From an uncultured Chloroflexia bacterium (GTDB lineage: Bacteria; Chloroflexota; Limnocylindria; QHBO01): a DNA stretch of 64,000 nt. The position numbers and the translations under genes were made by a program. The stretch covers positions 896,001 through 960,000 of the forward strand of contig CAWHAZ010000005.1 in assembly GCA_963827475.1 (NCBI GenBank), read 5' to 3'. The notes under the pieces were generated by a model. It was not told the DNA's origin. It was given only the letters and a program-made list of their open reading frames with translations, and ran no database searches. Positions 51,451 through 62,923 of this stretch are shown here, one piece after another (within the stretch, counting starts at the first letter, position 1; each line of letters begins with the position of its first letter).

Positions 51451-52566
51451 TCAGCTGGAGGACTGCGTCGCAACCATATCGCGGCTCCCGAGCAGATCCC
51501 CCCAGTGGCCCCGCCGCATGACAAGGAGAAGCACCCACCCGATCGGGATCGGAACGAGCCACTGGGCGATCCGGTACAGCATCACTGCCGCGGTGAGCTG
51601 CTCGGTCATCCCTGAACCGGCCACGCTTGACAGGACGCCGATGTACGCGATCTCAGTAACGCCGACGGCCCCCGGAGTGATGGGCACAAGCGTCACGATC
51701 CAGACGACCGCCATTGCCGCAAGCACGTCCGACGGCGGGAGCACGTCTGGGCCGACACCGACGCACCAGAGGGCGACCTCGAGGACCACGAACCAGGCGA
51801 GCTTGGCGACGACGGCAGCGGCGAACCCCAGCAGGCCGCGCGTCGTGAGCATGGTCTTGGAGCGCTCGCGTAGGTCCAGCATGCCCTCGACGATGCCCGA
51901 TGGCGGCGTCTTCCGGACCAGCTTCCAGATGCGCCGCGCCATCCGGTCGAGCCAGCCAGCCAGCTTCCGAGCCACGGTCTCCGATCGTGCGGACGAGACC
52001 AGCAGAACCGCGGCTGCGACCAGCACGATGAGGACCACGAAGGCAAGGAGGAGCACACGCGACCAGGTCGGGTGGCCGGCGATGATCACCCCGACGGCGG
52101 CAATCATTGGCAGCGCAGCGTAAGAGAACACCTCGGACAGCGACGCTAGGGCGATCCCGGCGGTCGCGACCGGGGTCGGGATCGACCACTGACGGTAGAG
52201 GACGAACCGGGTGGCGACGTCGGTCGGTCCGGGCACGGTGCTGACGATCGCGCGCGCGGCCAGATCCGAGCCGACCGCGCGCGGCCAGGAGAGCTTGGAC
52301 ACGAGGACGCGGTAGGGACCGGCCCGGGCGACGTACGCCACCGCGCTGGCGGCGCCGAGGAGCGCGAGCTGCCCGGGGCTCAGCGCCGCGAGCGCGGCGC
52401 GAACGGCGTCGTAGTCAACCAGTCGGGGGAGCACGATCCCGAACACGAGCACGAGGAGACCGACAAGCACGAGCGCACGACGCACGATCGCTCCACGACT
52501 CAGCGTCGGCTGGGCTGGTTCCGTGACCGGCGCGCCCGCGAGCATCCCCGCTGCTCCGTCCGGCAT
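51451..52566 (-). CDS. UPF0104/YbhN (lysylphosphatidylglycerol synthase TM-like) membrane protein
   Basis: Multiple TMs; PITPGAVGVTE, AAVMLYR. Confidence 0.85.
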   Translation of the reverse strand: MPDGAAGMLAGAPVTEPAQPTLSRGAIVRRALVLVGLLVLVFGIVLPRLVDYDAVRAALAALSPGQLALLGAASAVAYVARAGPYRVLVSKLSWPRAVGSDLAARAIVSTVPGPTDVATRFVLYRQWSIPTPVATAGIALASLSEVFSYAALPMIAAVGVIIAGHPTWSRVLLLAFVVLIVLVAAAVLLVSSARSETVARKLAGWLDRMARRIWKLVRKTPPSGIVEGMLDLRERSKTMLTTRGLLGFAAAVVAKLAWFVVLEVALWCVGVGPDVLPPSDVLAAMAVVWIVTLVPITPGAVGVTEIAYIGVLSSVAGSGMTEQLTAAVMLYRIAQWLVPIPIGWVLLLVMRRGHWGDLLGSRDMVATQSSS

Positions 52567-53691
52567 CACCCGGTGGTCTCGGGGTTTGGCTCAACCTTAT
52601 TGCGGAGCAGGCCCGCCACCCCGCGCGAGGACGGAAACGCCTCGAGGATCATGACCAGCCCGAGCGTCAGCGGGACGGCGAGGAGCGCACCCGGCGCGCC
52701 GAGGATCCATACCCACACGATGACCGCGATGAAGACAGCCAGCGGGCTCAGGTTGAGCTCGGTGCCCATGACCACCGGCTGGAGGAACTGGTCCTGGGCG
52801 AAGTTGATGAGCGTATAGCCGATGGTCACCGCCACCGCCACCCCAAGCCCGCCGTCGAGGTAGGCGAGGATGGTCGGCGGGATGACGGCGATGAAGGTGC
52901 CGATGTTCGGGATGAAGCTGGCGACGAACACGAGGACCGCCCACAAGACGGGGAGCGGCACGTCCAGCACCACCAGCAGCGCGAGCGACAGTGCCGCCGC
53001 GAACAGCCCGAGTGCGGTGCGCACGACAAGGTAGCGCCGCAGGTCAGTGCCGAATCCCTCCATGCCGAGCAGGAGCGGATGGCGCTCGCCGAGCGCCGCG
53101 GCCGCCCGCGCCCGAACCGACTTCCCGTCTGCCAACGCGTAGATCATGGTGAACGCGAGGACGAACATCGCCCCGCCGGCCCCCGAGACCGCCGACGCCA
53201 CCGGTCCGACCAAGGCGAAGATCTTTTCCGGCGAGATGATCGCAACCACGGCGTCGGGATCGGCGCTGATCCCGAACTGGGCCAGTTGATCTCTCACTGT
53301 CGCGAGTGCTGCGCTCAGTCGGTTCTCGTATTTGGGGATCTGGACCACGAGCTCCCCGACGGAGAGCGCGATGACGCCGGCCGTAGAAACTACGAGGGCG
53401 AGAACGACCGCGATCGTGGCCGCCAGAGAGAGCCCATGCCGGATGCCGCGGCGTTCAAGCGAGCCGACCATCGGCCAGGCGATGAGCGCGATGAAGAGAC
53501 CGAGAATCACCGGGAGGACGAGTGAAGCCACTTCCCGAAGGGCGAGCACCCCGACGAGGATGAGCACAAACCCGGCGATTGCCGTAAGCGAACCGGCGGA
53601 CCCATTCAGCCCGTCCGCGCCGGCCACACCCACGCCGCCGACTCCCACCGGCGTCGGGGCCGCCCGCTCGTTCTTCGCGGAGATCTCCCAT
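52566..53691 (-). CDS. AI-2E family transporter; start uncertain (53648, or 53691 with frameshift)
   Basis: FIPNIG, LQPVVMG.ELNLSP, GALLAVPLT. Confidence 0.88.
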
Positions 53692-53976
53692 CTTCACTCT
53701 CCCGGTCTCGGTCGACTCAGCGGATCAGGCGGCGGCGGGGTTGGCAAGCGCCCGCGTCGATCTCATGGAACCGACACGCGAGGCCGAGGCTTGAACACCC
53801 CGAACGCGACCGATCAGATCACGACGAGCCATACGAGCGAGATCAGCCCCTCGCCCGAAAGAGGATAAGCAGCACGCAACGGAGGGGCACGGTCTTCCCG
53901 CAGCCAGCCGCCGCCGAGACGAGCGTTACCCGAAACTGACCAGTGGTCCGAAATCGCCAGACTCGTGCCTGGAAAG

Positions 53977-54077
53977 TGGTGCCGGAGGAGGGATTCGAAC
54001 CCCCACGCCCCCGAAGGGGCAGCGGAGTTTAAGTCTCGGCCCGACGGTCCGCCGAAGTGCGCGGTTGTTCGGCCCGA
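53977..54077 (-). repeat. att-like site 2: exact 3' 59 nt of tRNA-Leu(UAA) plus conserved arm
   Basis: 53977-54035 identical to 62823-62881; TCGGCCCGA direct repeat at 54036 and 54069. Confidence 0.92.
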
Positions 54078-54239
54078 TCGAGACCATGATGCGGCAGGCG
54101 CAATCAGTGCGACAGAGCTGTTCGGCCGTGATGCTGCACCTACTGCTGCAATGAAAGTGCACGTGATCAGCGCGGTGGAGTCACGCCCGCGCGAAGTAGA
54201 GGCGCCGAAGTCTTCCTTGCGGGGCCTCCGGTCGAAGGC

Positions 54240-57110
54240 CCCGACGCCAAGAGGTTGGTGATTCGGCGGCGCATGCCGTCGGCCCCCGCGAGGTGGCCCT
54301 TGCGCTCGTAGACATCCGACGCCGCGGCGGAACTCAGCCTCCGCTTCGTCCGGTTTGACGGCCGCCTCGAGAACGGTGGCCAGATCGAGGTGCGCGTCTG
54401 CGACCTGGGCAAGCTGGTCCGTAACATCAAGCATCGCCACCGCTTCACGAGCGAGTCGCTCCGGCAGTCTCAAGTTCGCCCCGACGAGACGTGACAACCG
54501 CAGGCGTGCCCGCTGCGGGGCCCTGCGATGCGGAATCGTCTTCCGCCGCGAGGTGCTGCGCCGTCTTCGCCCGCTCTTCCGCCTCGTCGTCGCGGCCAAG
54601 GGCGAGCATCGCTCGGGCGATGTTCGTGGCCGAGAACGAGGCGAGGCCTCGTTCGCCGCGCGAGGTGCGGCGGGCTCGTAGCCTTCGCGCGACAGCTCGA
54701 CCGCTGCGTTTGCGTCGCGGGCGAGGCAGCTCCGCCGGCCCGTGATGATGGCTTAGCGGCGTGCCGAGCAGCTTCACCGAGCCCAGCTCCTCCACTAGCG
54801 CACGTTCCACCTCGAAGGTCGCTCGCGCTTCCTCGAAGCTGCCCTGCATCGCGAGGAAGGCAGCGATCTGACGAGACGTCAGGTTTAAGTACACCAGTGG
54901 ATCGCTCATCTTGGCAGCCATGCGCTTAGCGAGGTCGAACCCGTCTGGCGCCGGAGTGGGACCCGAGTACACGAAGGTCACGACCCAACTGCGGATGTTA
55001 TCTGCGACTCGTCCGATGCGCCCCTCGCGAGAAGTTCCTGCACCATGTCCAACGCGCTCTGGACGTGCCCGATCCAGAACAGGAGCTGGCGACCTCCAGG
55101 CCGGCCAGTGCCGCCCCATCCTCATCGCCGAGAGCGCATAGTTTGCGATGTAGGCGCTTGGCCTCCTCGACGAGGACGCTCGTCGGCTCCTCACTCATGG
55201 AAACACGTGGATGGAGGCGAAGTACCTCCGCACGCGCAACCGATCGCTCATCCCCGACTTGGTCTACGATGGCCGCGGTTTCCCGCAGGAAGGCGTCCTG
55301 GCTACGCATCTCCGCCGTCCGGCTGAGGGCTTGGCCACGCGTAAAGCGCGACGCAATGGTCCGCGCGTCGTTGGGATCCTGAAGGCTGAGCGACCGTTAC
55401 AGCAGATTGGCGCTGCCAAGGAATTCGTCGCGGTCCAATGCCTCCTTCCCTGCGAGTGCGAGCTGGGCCCAGGCCCGTTCAGCCAGCGGCGCGAGGCTGG
55501 GATCAGTGGCGTCGAGATCCCGAGGATGGCGTGCGGCCTGCTCAAGATGGTAGGCGAGGATCGCGCGGTACTCGTCGAGGCGGTTGGCGAGCGAGACCGA
55601 CGTGACTCGGCGAATCACTCGTGGAGGTCCGCCCGGCTCTGTTTGGCGATGGCGCTGGTAAGGGGCGTCCCGGATGAGCTGGTGCCGGAAGACGAATGCC
55701 TCCCGTCCCCAGTTCAGCCAATCAGGAATCACGACCTCGCGCCAGGTGAGCGTGTCGAGCATCGCGCCGACGCGTCCCTCACGTTGCAGCACAGAGCCGC
55801 CACGGCGTCGCGGTGGACGCGGTCCTCGACAGCTCCCCCTTCGAGAACAGCCGTTACCGCCTCCAGCCCGTCCAGGCGAGCAGCGAGCGACGCCTGGATC
55901 GTCGGCAGGACAGCGAGAGCGCTCCGTCGCGGCGGGCCGTACCGTTGCCGTTCGTTCAGGCCAGCGCCTGGTCGATGACGTTTTCGAGCACTTCTTCGAC
56001 GAAGAGCGTCCTCCGCGGCGGTTTCCAGTCGCTCGAAGACCATAGGTCGCACGTCGGCCCGTCCCAAGGTCTCGATGAGCTGACCCGCTGCCCTTCAGCG
56101 TCGAGCGAGATGCTCGTAGCCGATCGCTTGCCGCCGCCACGCTGGCGTGACTTCGAGCAACTACGACGGCACGATCAGCGGGTTGAAGGCGTCGTCTCCA
56201 TGGCCGTGTCCTCGACCAGGTGAGAGGCGGCTGCGCCATTGCAGATCATCAAGACAGCGACAAGCGGCTGCTCGTCGCCGCCTCGAAGAAGACGATCCCC
56301 ACGGATCCTGGTCCGGAGCCAGATCTCCCGCCAGTACGACGATGGTTTGGCTCCCGGCTTGGCGGTCCGGTCACGATCATCGGCCTCCGGGTCCACGCCG
56401 ACACGCGCGCCACGTCGGCCATCAGGTCCCTACCAACCAGTCCGGTCGCCGCCCTACCCCATCTCCGCGATCGGTCAGGGTGACTTTCCCCATACGATGA
56501 CAGCGACCGCGAACAACTTTCAGCCAGTAGCCAGCGAGGCCACGAACTCGTTGACCAGTCGGGACTCCCCGACGCCACGGCGCCGAGAATCGTGAATAGG
56601 TGACAGACCCACTCGTCATGCGCCTCGGCGAAGGCCTCGTCGAGCAGCCAGCGTGGCCGGTCGCGCCGACCATCGGCGAGGCCATCGTCGTGGCCTGCGG
56701 CTGGCTGGTCGACGGTCGCCGGCGCAGGGTCTGGATCGGCGCCTGACGGCCTTGACGAGTGACCTGGCCCAGCAGGCTCAACATAGACCGCGTCGCGAAC
56801 CAGCCGATACATCTCGGCGGTGATCAGGACCTCGCCCAGGTGCAGCGTGTGTTCGAGACGCGCTGCGACATTGACCGCGTAGCCAGTGCCCAGCCGCTGA
56901 CCGCGCGTCGCATCACCAGCGACCCACCTGGCCAGTCGCGATGACGGTCTTCCAGGAAGATCAGTTGCCGATACGGCTGAACCCTCGGGATAGGCCAGGT
57001 CTTCACGGGTGTCAACGGCAGCACGAACTGCTCGGAGTGCGTCGTCTTCGTGGACGAGTAGGAGGCCGAACACGGCCATCGCCGCATCACCGATGAACTT
57101 CTCGACGAAG
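54240..57110 (-). pseudogene. Decayed class III adenylate/guanylate cyclase + AAA ATPase + TPR gene
   Basis: Fragments in many frames: EKFIGDAAMAVFG..HEDDALRAVRAA, AVNVAARLE, PTIQASLAARLD, FRHQLIRD, LAYHLEQA, YERKG; broken Walker A; N-terminus missing. Confidence 0.82.
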
Positions 57111-57255
57111 AGCCGTCGCGGGACCGCGGGGGTGACTCATGGAAAGGGGTCCCCAGGGGACCGGGTCACCTTCAACTCGTTCCAGCCGCTTGATAGGGCC
57201 GCGGCGGGGTGCACCTCAGTTGCCGAAGGACCGGGCCAACGCCACCCAGGCGCCG

Positions 57256-58673
57256 CTAACAGGCGGACGGACTGACAAGTCCAGTGACGCCCACGGGCTT
57301 CGCCACCGGGCCAACTGCCTGCGTCGCCACCCCCAGGGCGTGCAACTCGTCGCACATCGCGGCGGCCAGGACGTCTAGATCTGGATACGCGTCGCGGTCG
57401 GCGGCGATGCCGATGGTCAATGCCCCGGCGTAGGACAGAGCGCCGACCCCGAGCGGCTCGTTGGCGATGAGCGGCAAAACCGGGAACACCTCGAGCACCG
57501 GCGCTCCGGCCAGATAGAGGGGCATCCTGGGTCCAGGGATGCTGGCGCTCATCAGGTTCACGCGCTGGCGCATAACCGCGATCAGCATGAGTCGCCGCAG
57601 CACTCGACCGTGAAGAGGACGTCGAGCGACGTGCGGGTCTTCGCCTTGCGCGCTGTGGTCTCCGCTGCAATCGGCCTTGAGGCGGCGATCAGGATCTGCC
57701 TCGCGCAAGGCGAGCGGGACGGCCATCTGGGCGATCCGGTTGCCGTGCAGTGGACCGCGCAGTCTCCGCCGCAGCGAGACGGGGACGTAGATCCGCACGG
57801 TCGTGTCGTCGACCGGCTCGCCGCGGCGCCGGAGCAGCGCACGCAGACCGCCCGCGGTGACGGTCAGGAGTACGTCGTTCACCGTCGCGTCATGGGCACG
57901 GCCAGCCCGCTTGACCGCGTCCAGGCGGCAGCGGATCAGCGCAAGCTCGCGGTCGGGGCCGACCATGCGGTGGAGGCTGGTCTCGGTGGCCGGCTTCTCG
58001 GCAAGCAGCTCGCGGAGCGCTGGCCATGCCGCGCGCAGTCGGCGCAGGGTTGCCAGCGGTCGAACGAGCACCGACAGCGCGCCGCGGAATCCGCGCAAGC
58101 ACCGCCCCACGTTGTCGCCGACAGCGCTGCCGTCGACGGCCAGGGCACCGGGATCCAGCGTGGCGCGGCCGCCGCGGCCGTGATCGGGGCCGGATCCAGG
58201 AACGTGACCGCGGTTGCCATGGCCGCGATGCCGTCGCCAATGGTGTGGTGGATCTTCATGAACAGGCCCACCCGCCGCTCGGGGAGCCCGGTCAGGAACC
58301 ACATCTCCCACAGCGGGCGCGACGGGTCCAGGCTCCGGCGGAGCAGCCGCTCGACGGCCGCCAGCATCTCGGGCTCCCCGGCAGGCGGTTCGAGCCGGAG
58401 CTCCTTCACATGTTGGCGCAAGTCAAAGGTCCGGGCTTCCACCCATAGCGGTCCACCCAGCCCCCGCCGTGGGTGGTAGATGAGCTGCCGGAATCGCGGG
58501 ACGAGGTGGAGCCGCGACTGGATCGCGGCCCGAACGTCGTCGATCTGGAACCGCCCGGCCTCGTCGAAGAGTGGTCCGCCGTCGAGGATGGCCAGCGCGC
58601 CGACGTCCTGCGGCCACCGCCTGCTCGCCCACAGCATCATCCGATCGAGCGCGGTCAGCCGGTCAATGGCCAT
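57256..58673 (-). CDS. Wax ester synthase/DGAT family acyltransferase; frameshifted
   Basis: LDPSRPLWEMW, HHTIGDG, ATVNDVLL, SIPGP, ALSYAG. Confidence 0.85.
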
Positions 58674-58691
58674 CGTCGGTCTCTTTTCCCG

Positions 58692-60111
58692 CTACCTGGG
58701 ATCGATCGGCGTAAGGATGCCAAGCCGGTCCTCGATCGCCTGCGCGGCGTCAAGGCACAGGTCCTCGCGGTACCGGGGACCGATGACCTGCACCGCCTGC
58801 GGAAGGCCGTCCCGCACGCCCACCGGGACGGCGACGGCAGGCAGGCCGAGCGCATTGACCGCCATGGCCATCCGCATCGCGTGCACATCCTCGGCCACGC
58901 GGCCGTCGTCCAGGTCCGTTCCTGCCAGCGCGGGGATGTCGGTCGCGATCGGGCGACGATCAGCGGGTAGGTCTCGGCGAACTCGCCCACGCCCGCTGCA
59001 GGGCGTGTCGCGTGATGAAGGCCCGCTCCGCGGCCACAGAATCCGGCTGCCCCGCCGCAGCGAAGAAGGCGGTCACGAATCGGCGGGTGTCGGCCGGAGA
59101 TGATGGCCCGATCACCTGCTCCCAGACCGCCCGGACTCCGGGCGTGCTATCCATGACCAGCAGCGCGTTGGCAGCGGCGTCGATGCCCGGCGGCTCAACC
59201 TCATCGATGGCGTAGCCGGCCTCCTCAAGGGCTCGTGCCGCCTTCTGAACGCCGTCCTGCACCTGCGGGACGGTCCCCTGTCCGGCCGGATCGAGCACGA
59301 GGGCGATCCGGATCGGCTTGCCAAGATCTGGCCCGCGGAGGGGTGCCGGAACGGTCCACGGGTCGCGCCAGGTCGGCCCGGCGATCAGCTCAAATGCGAT
59401 GCGAAGGTCGGCGACGCGTCGAGCCAGCGGGCCGTTCACGCTCGTCAACTGAACGCCGATCGGGGCCGCATCAGCCGGCTCAACGCTGCTCGCCTGAGGG
59501 ACCCGGCCGAGACTTGGCTTCAGTGCGCTGATTCCACAGCATTGCGCGGGGTGGCGGAGCGACCCGAGCCCGTCGTTCCCCAGCCCCAGCGGGCTCATGC
59601 CCGTCGCGAGCGCGGCGGCCTCGCCAGCGCTTGAGGCGCCAGGCGTGCGGGATCGGTTCCAGGGATTGATGGTCGCGCCCCACAGCTCGCTGTCGCAGTG
59701 CCACCGCATGGCACCGCTGGGCAGGTTCGTGCGGCCGATGGGGATGGCGCCAGCTGCCCTCAGGCGCTCGACGATCGGGGCGTCGCGCGTCGGGAAGGAC
59801 TGAGCCAGGGCCGCGAGCCCGAGGGTTGTCGGAGTACCAGCGACGTCGATATTCTGCTTGACGGTGACCGGGACGCCGAGGAGCGGCGGCAGCTCACCCC
59901 CGTCACCCACCGCACGGTCGGCCGCCTTGGCCGCCTCCTCCGCCTGCTCGGCCATGACGATGACGACGGCATTGATCGCTGGATTGACCTCCTCGATCCG
60001 CCTCAGGTGCGCATCGACGACCTCGCAACTCGAGGCCTCCCTGGACCTGATGATCTCGGCCAGTCTGGTGGCGCTCATGCGCCAAAGCTCGGTGGCAGTT
60101 GCGATCGTCAT
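58692..60111 (-). CDS. Amidase-signature family enzyme; C-terminal frameshifts
   Basis: GVPVTVK, GRTN, PGASSAG, GNDGLGSLRHPA, GLPAVAVP. Confidence 0.9.
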
Positions 60112-61736
60112 GGTGGCGCCTCCTTCGACGTGGCGGCACGATGCCGACGGACGGCCGTGATCGCCGCAGCGGCGGTGATGCCGGCTACCACCGGCCTCAC
60201 CCACAGATTGCCGGTCCTGGCGTCAGGAACCCTGATCAGCGACCACGGTTGACCTCCGAAATCGGTATGGATCGCCGTCGCCCGGCCGTTGATCACCTGC
60301 GCGAACACGACTCGCACGGGGGGCATCCCGAACGGCGAGAGGTCGAGCCGGAACACGTGCGGGTCGGCCGGATCGTCGGGTTGGAGCAGCAGCCCGCCGA
60401 GCAGCGCCGGAACCGGCGTCAGGAGCCGAAGCATAAGCCGCCCACCGCGGACAAACACATCGGCTCCGCCGCCCAGCAGGAGCCGCTCGCGCAGGTCGGC
60501 GATGCGTGGCGGGAGGACATATCGGCCGCACAGCTCCGCCCAGACCTCCGGGTGGTGTGGGGCGTCCAACCGCGAGTCGTCGGCCGATAGCCCGAGCGCG
60601 CCACGGAGCAAACGCCTGAGCTCGACGGCCAGCCAAGCGAACGCTCCATTCGAGCCGTTCGTGAAGCCGATGACGCCAATCCCGTCGTCGGGCGCCACGA
60701 GGAGCTCCGAGTTGAAGCCCGGCAGGATCCCGTCGTGGAGGACGAGCCGATGGCCGTCGGCCTCGGCGCGGAAGAACCCCAGACCCATGCCGGGAAGCCG
60801 CGAGTCCGGCTGGTAATGGGCCTCGAACATCGTGGCGAGTGTCGCAGGCTCGAGAACGCGTCCCTGCTCGTTGACACCGCCGCCGACCAGCGCCGTAACA
60901 AAGCGGGCCAAGTCGCGACCCGTCGAGTAGATCCCGGTAGCTCCGGCGCTAATCCAGTCGCGATCCTGCACGGCCTTCGCGCCACGGCGCCGAAGCACGT
61001 AACCCGTCGCGAGCCGCGAGGCGATCCGATCTGAACGGACGAGATCGCTGTCCGTCATGCCAAGTGGCTCAAAGATCCGCTCACGGAAGTACGCTCGAGC
61101 GGGATCCGACTGACGTCCTCGACGATCTGGCCGAGCGTTGCGTAGCCGTGGTTGCTGTAGGCGAAGGCGGAGCCGGGCTCGACGACCACCCGCAGCCCGC
61201 CGCCGTAGTAGTCGGCGAGCGGCGGCAGCCGTTCCCCGAACTCCACGCTGAGGATTGGCGGACGCCCATCAGAAGGGGTGAGGCCGGCGTGGAGCAAGTC
61301 AGACGTGGCGCATATCTGGGATCCCAGCCGTATGGGTGAGCAGCTGGCGCACCGTCGCCGGCCGGAAGCTGTCGTCGACAGGGACCAGCGCATACGCACG
61401 CAGGTAGTCCCTTGCGGGCGCGTCGAGGTCGACCAGTCCCTCCTCCATCAGCTGCATCACAGCGATCGCGGTGAACAACTTGGTAATGGAGGCGACCCGA
61501 AAGACGGTGTCCTCGGTGATCGACCGCCTCGACGCGATGTCGGCGAGGCCATGACCTTGGAATTCGAAGCGCCCGTTGCGAACCACCCCCAACGCCAGGC
61601 CGACCGCCGGCCGTCGGTTCAGGATCTCCCGCGCCCCAGCGGACAGATGGAACTCAGGGACATCGGGCACCGCTCGCCCGTCGCGGTCATCCCGTGGCCG
61701 CGAAGCAACGCGGCCGTTCGCCACGAGAGTGGTCAT
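60108..61736 (-). CDS. Beta-lactamase-like serine hydrolase; frameshifts ~61310 and ~61085
   Basis: ASITK (SxxK), LLTHTAG, YSN, HDG. Confidence 0.85.
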
Positions 61737-61927
61737 GAGGCCTCCACACTGACTCCGCGACCGCCAATGTCGCTCAACTAGAGGGTCGCGCTGACGCACT
61801 CCGCCAGCAAGGGCGGTCTGCATCGCCGATACGGGTCAATCGGCCCTATCTGCGGAGTCCGATACGGAGCAGGGTGGCTCAGGCGGGTCGACCGCCCGGC
61901 GTTCTTGCCCAGTCCGAGGAACTGAAT

Positions 61928-62818
61928 ATGTCAACCATGCGAATCCGAGACGTCTCCCTGTTCGTCGACGTCATCGGACACGGCTACCCGCTGCTCCTGA
62001 TGCACGGCGGACCCGGCGCCGATCACTGGACGCTGCGGCCGTTCCGGCAGCTGGCCGATCAGTTCACTCTCGTCTTCTACGACCACCGCTGCAACGGACG
62101 CTCAGCGGGGGCTCCGGTCACCTCGATGACGTGGGACAACCTGACCGCGGACGCGGACTCGCTGCGCGAGCAGCTGGGCTTCGAGCGTTGGGCGGTGCTC
62201 GGGCACTCGTTCGGCGGCCACGTCGCGCTCGAGTACGCGCTCCGCTATCCCGGGCGCCTGTCGCATCTCGTGCTCCTCGATACCGGAGGCGACGGCCACT
62301 GGGCGCGCGACAACGCTCCGAAGGTCCTCGCCGAGCGCGGCCACAGCCCCGCGAAGGTGGAGCTGGTCCGGCGCTGGTTCAACGGCGAGTTCGCGCCCGA
62401 AGAGATGCTCTCGATCCTCATGCGGATCGGGGACGCGTACTCCTACCATCCGACGATCATCGGCCTGCTCCGCGCCGCGCTCGGCGGCGGCTGGCGGACG
62501 AAGTTCCGTGGCGAGGCCCTCGTCTTCGCGGGCCGCCACCTCATGAAGGACTGGACGGTCATGGACCGGCTCGCCGAGGTCACTGCGCCCACCCTCGTGA
62601 TAGCGGGTCGAGACGACTTCGTCTTCCCGCCGGAGTGCCAGCTCGAGCTGGCGGCTGGGATTCCCAACGCGAGCCTCCAGTTCGTCGAGCACGCTGGCCA
62701 CAACCCGCACTTGGAGCGCCCTGACGACGTCATGGATAGCGTCCGAGCATTCACCAGCGGAGAGATGGGCGCGGGGGGCGCCGCGGTCGGGATGAACCTC
62801 GCGCAGGCCGGCCGATAA
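61928..62818 (+). CDS. Alpha/beta hydrolase (proline iminopeptidase-like)
   Basis: HGGPG, YDHR, GHSFGG, GRDD, AGH. Confidence 0.9.
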   Translation: MSTMRIRDVSLFVDVIGHGYPLLLMHGGPGADHWTLRPFRQLADQFTLVFYDHRCNGRSAGAPVTSMTWDNLTADADSLREQLGFERWAVLGHSFGGHVALEYALRYPGRLSHLVLLDTGGDGHWARDNAPKVLAERGHSPAKVELVRRWFNGEFAPEEMLSILMRIGDAYSYHPTIIGLLRAALGGGWRTKFRGEALVFAGRHLMKDWTVMDRLAEVTAPTLVIAGRDDFVFPPECQLELAAGIPNASLQFVEHAGHNPHLERPDDVMDSVRAFTSGEMGAGGAAVGMNLAQAGR

Positions 62819-62822
62819 GTCG

Positions 62823-62910
62823 TGGTGCCGGAGGAGGGATTCGAACCCCCACGCCCCCGAAGGGGCAGCGGAGTTTAAGTCCGCCGCGTCTGCCATTCCG
62901 CCACACCGGC
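62823..62910 (-). tRNA. tRNA-Leu(TAA)
   Basis: GCCGGTG...GCGGA CTTAAAC TCCGC, long variable arm, GTTCGAATC, encoded CCA. Confidence 0.96.
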
Positions 62911-62923
62911 CCCGCTGAGATCG

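Larger units (their letters stand above)
51337..62910. mobile_element. Two tandem tRNA-Leu-linked genomic islands (~2.6 kb and ~8.8 kb), no integrase visible
   Basis: Direct repeats of the tRNA 3' half at 51337, 53977 and 62823; accessory and decayed cargo. Confidence 0.75.

Noticed and set aside
53700-53976. Integrase remnant or small gene next to att site 2
   Set aside because: Only a short hydrophobic stretch interrupted by stops; no recombinase motifs seen
51337-54035. Two additional tRNA-Leu genes
   Set aside because: Both lack the 5' acceptor strand and D arm; they are fragments
54240-57110. Active cyclic-nucleotide anti-phage defence system
   Set aside because: Class III cyclase-AAA-TPR is a common signalling family, the gene is decayed and no effector is adjacent
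60108-61736. Antibiotic-resistance beta-lactamase
   Set aside because: No signal peptide; motifs are shared by the broad esterase/peptidase family; context is metabolic
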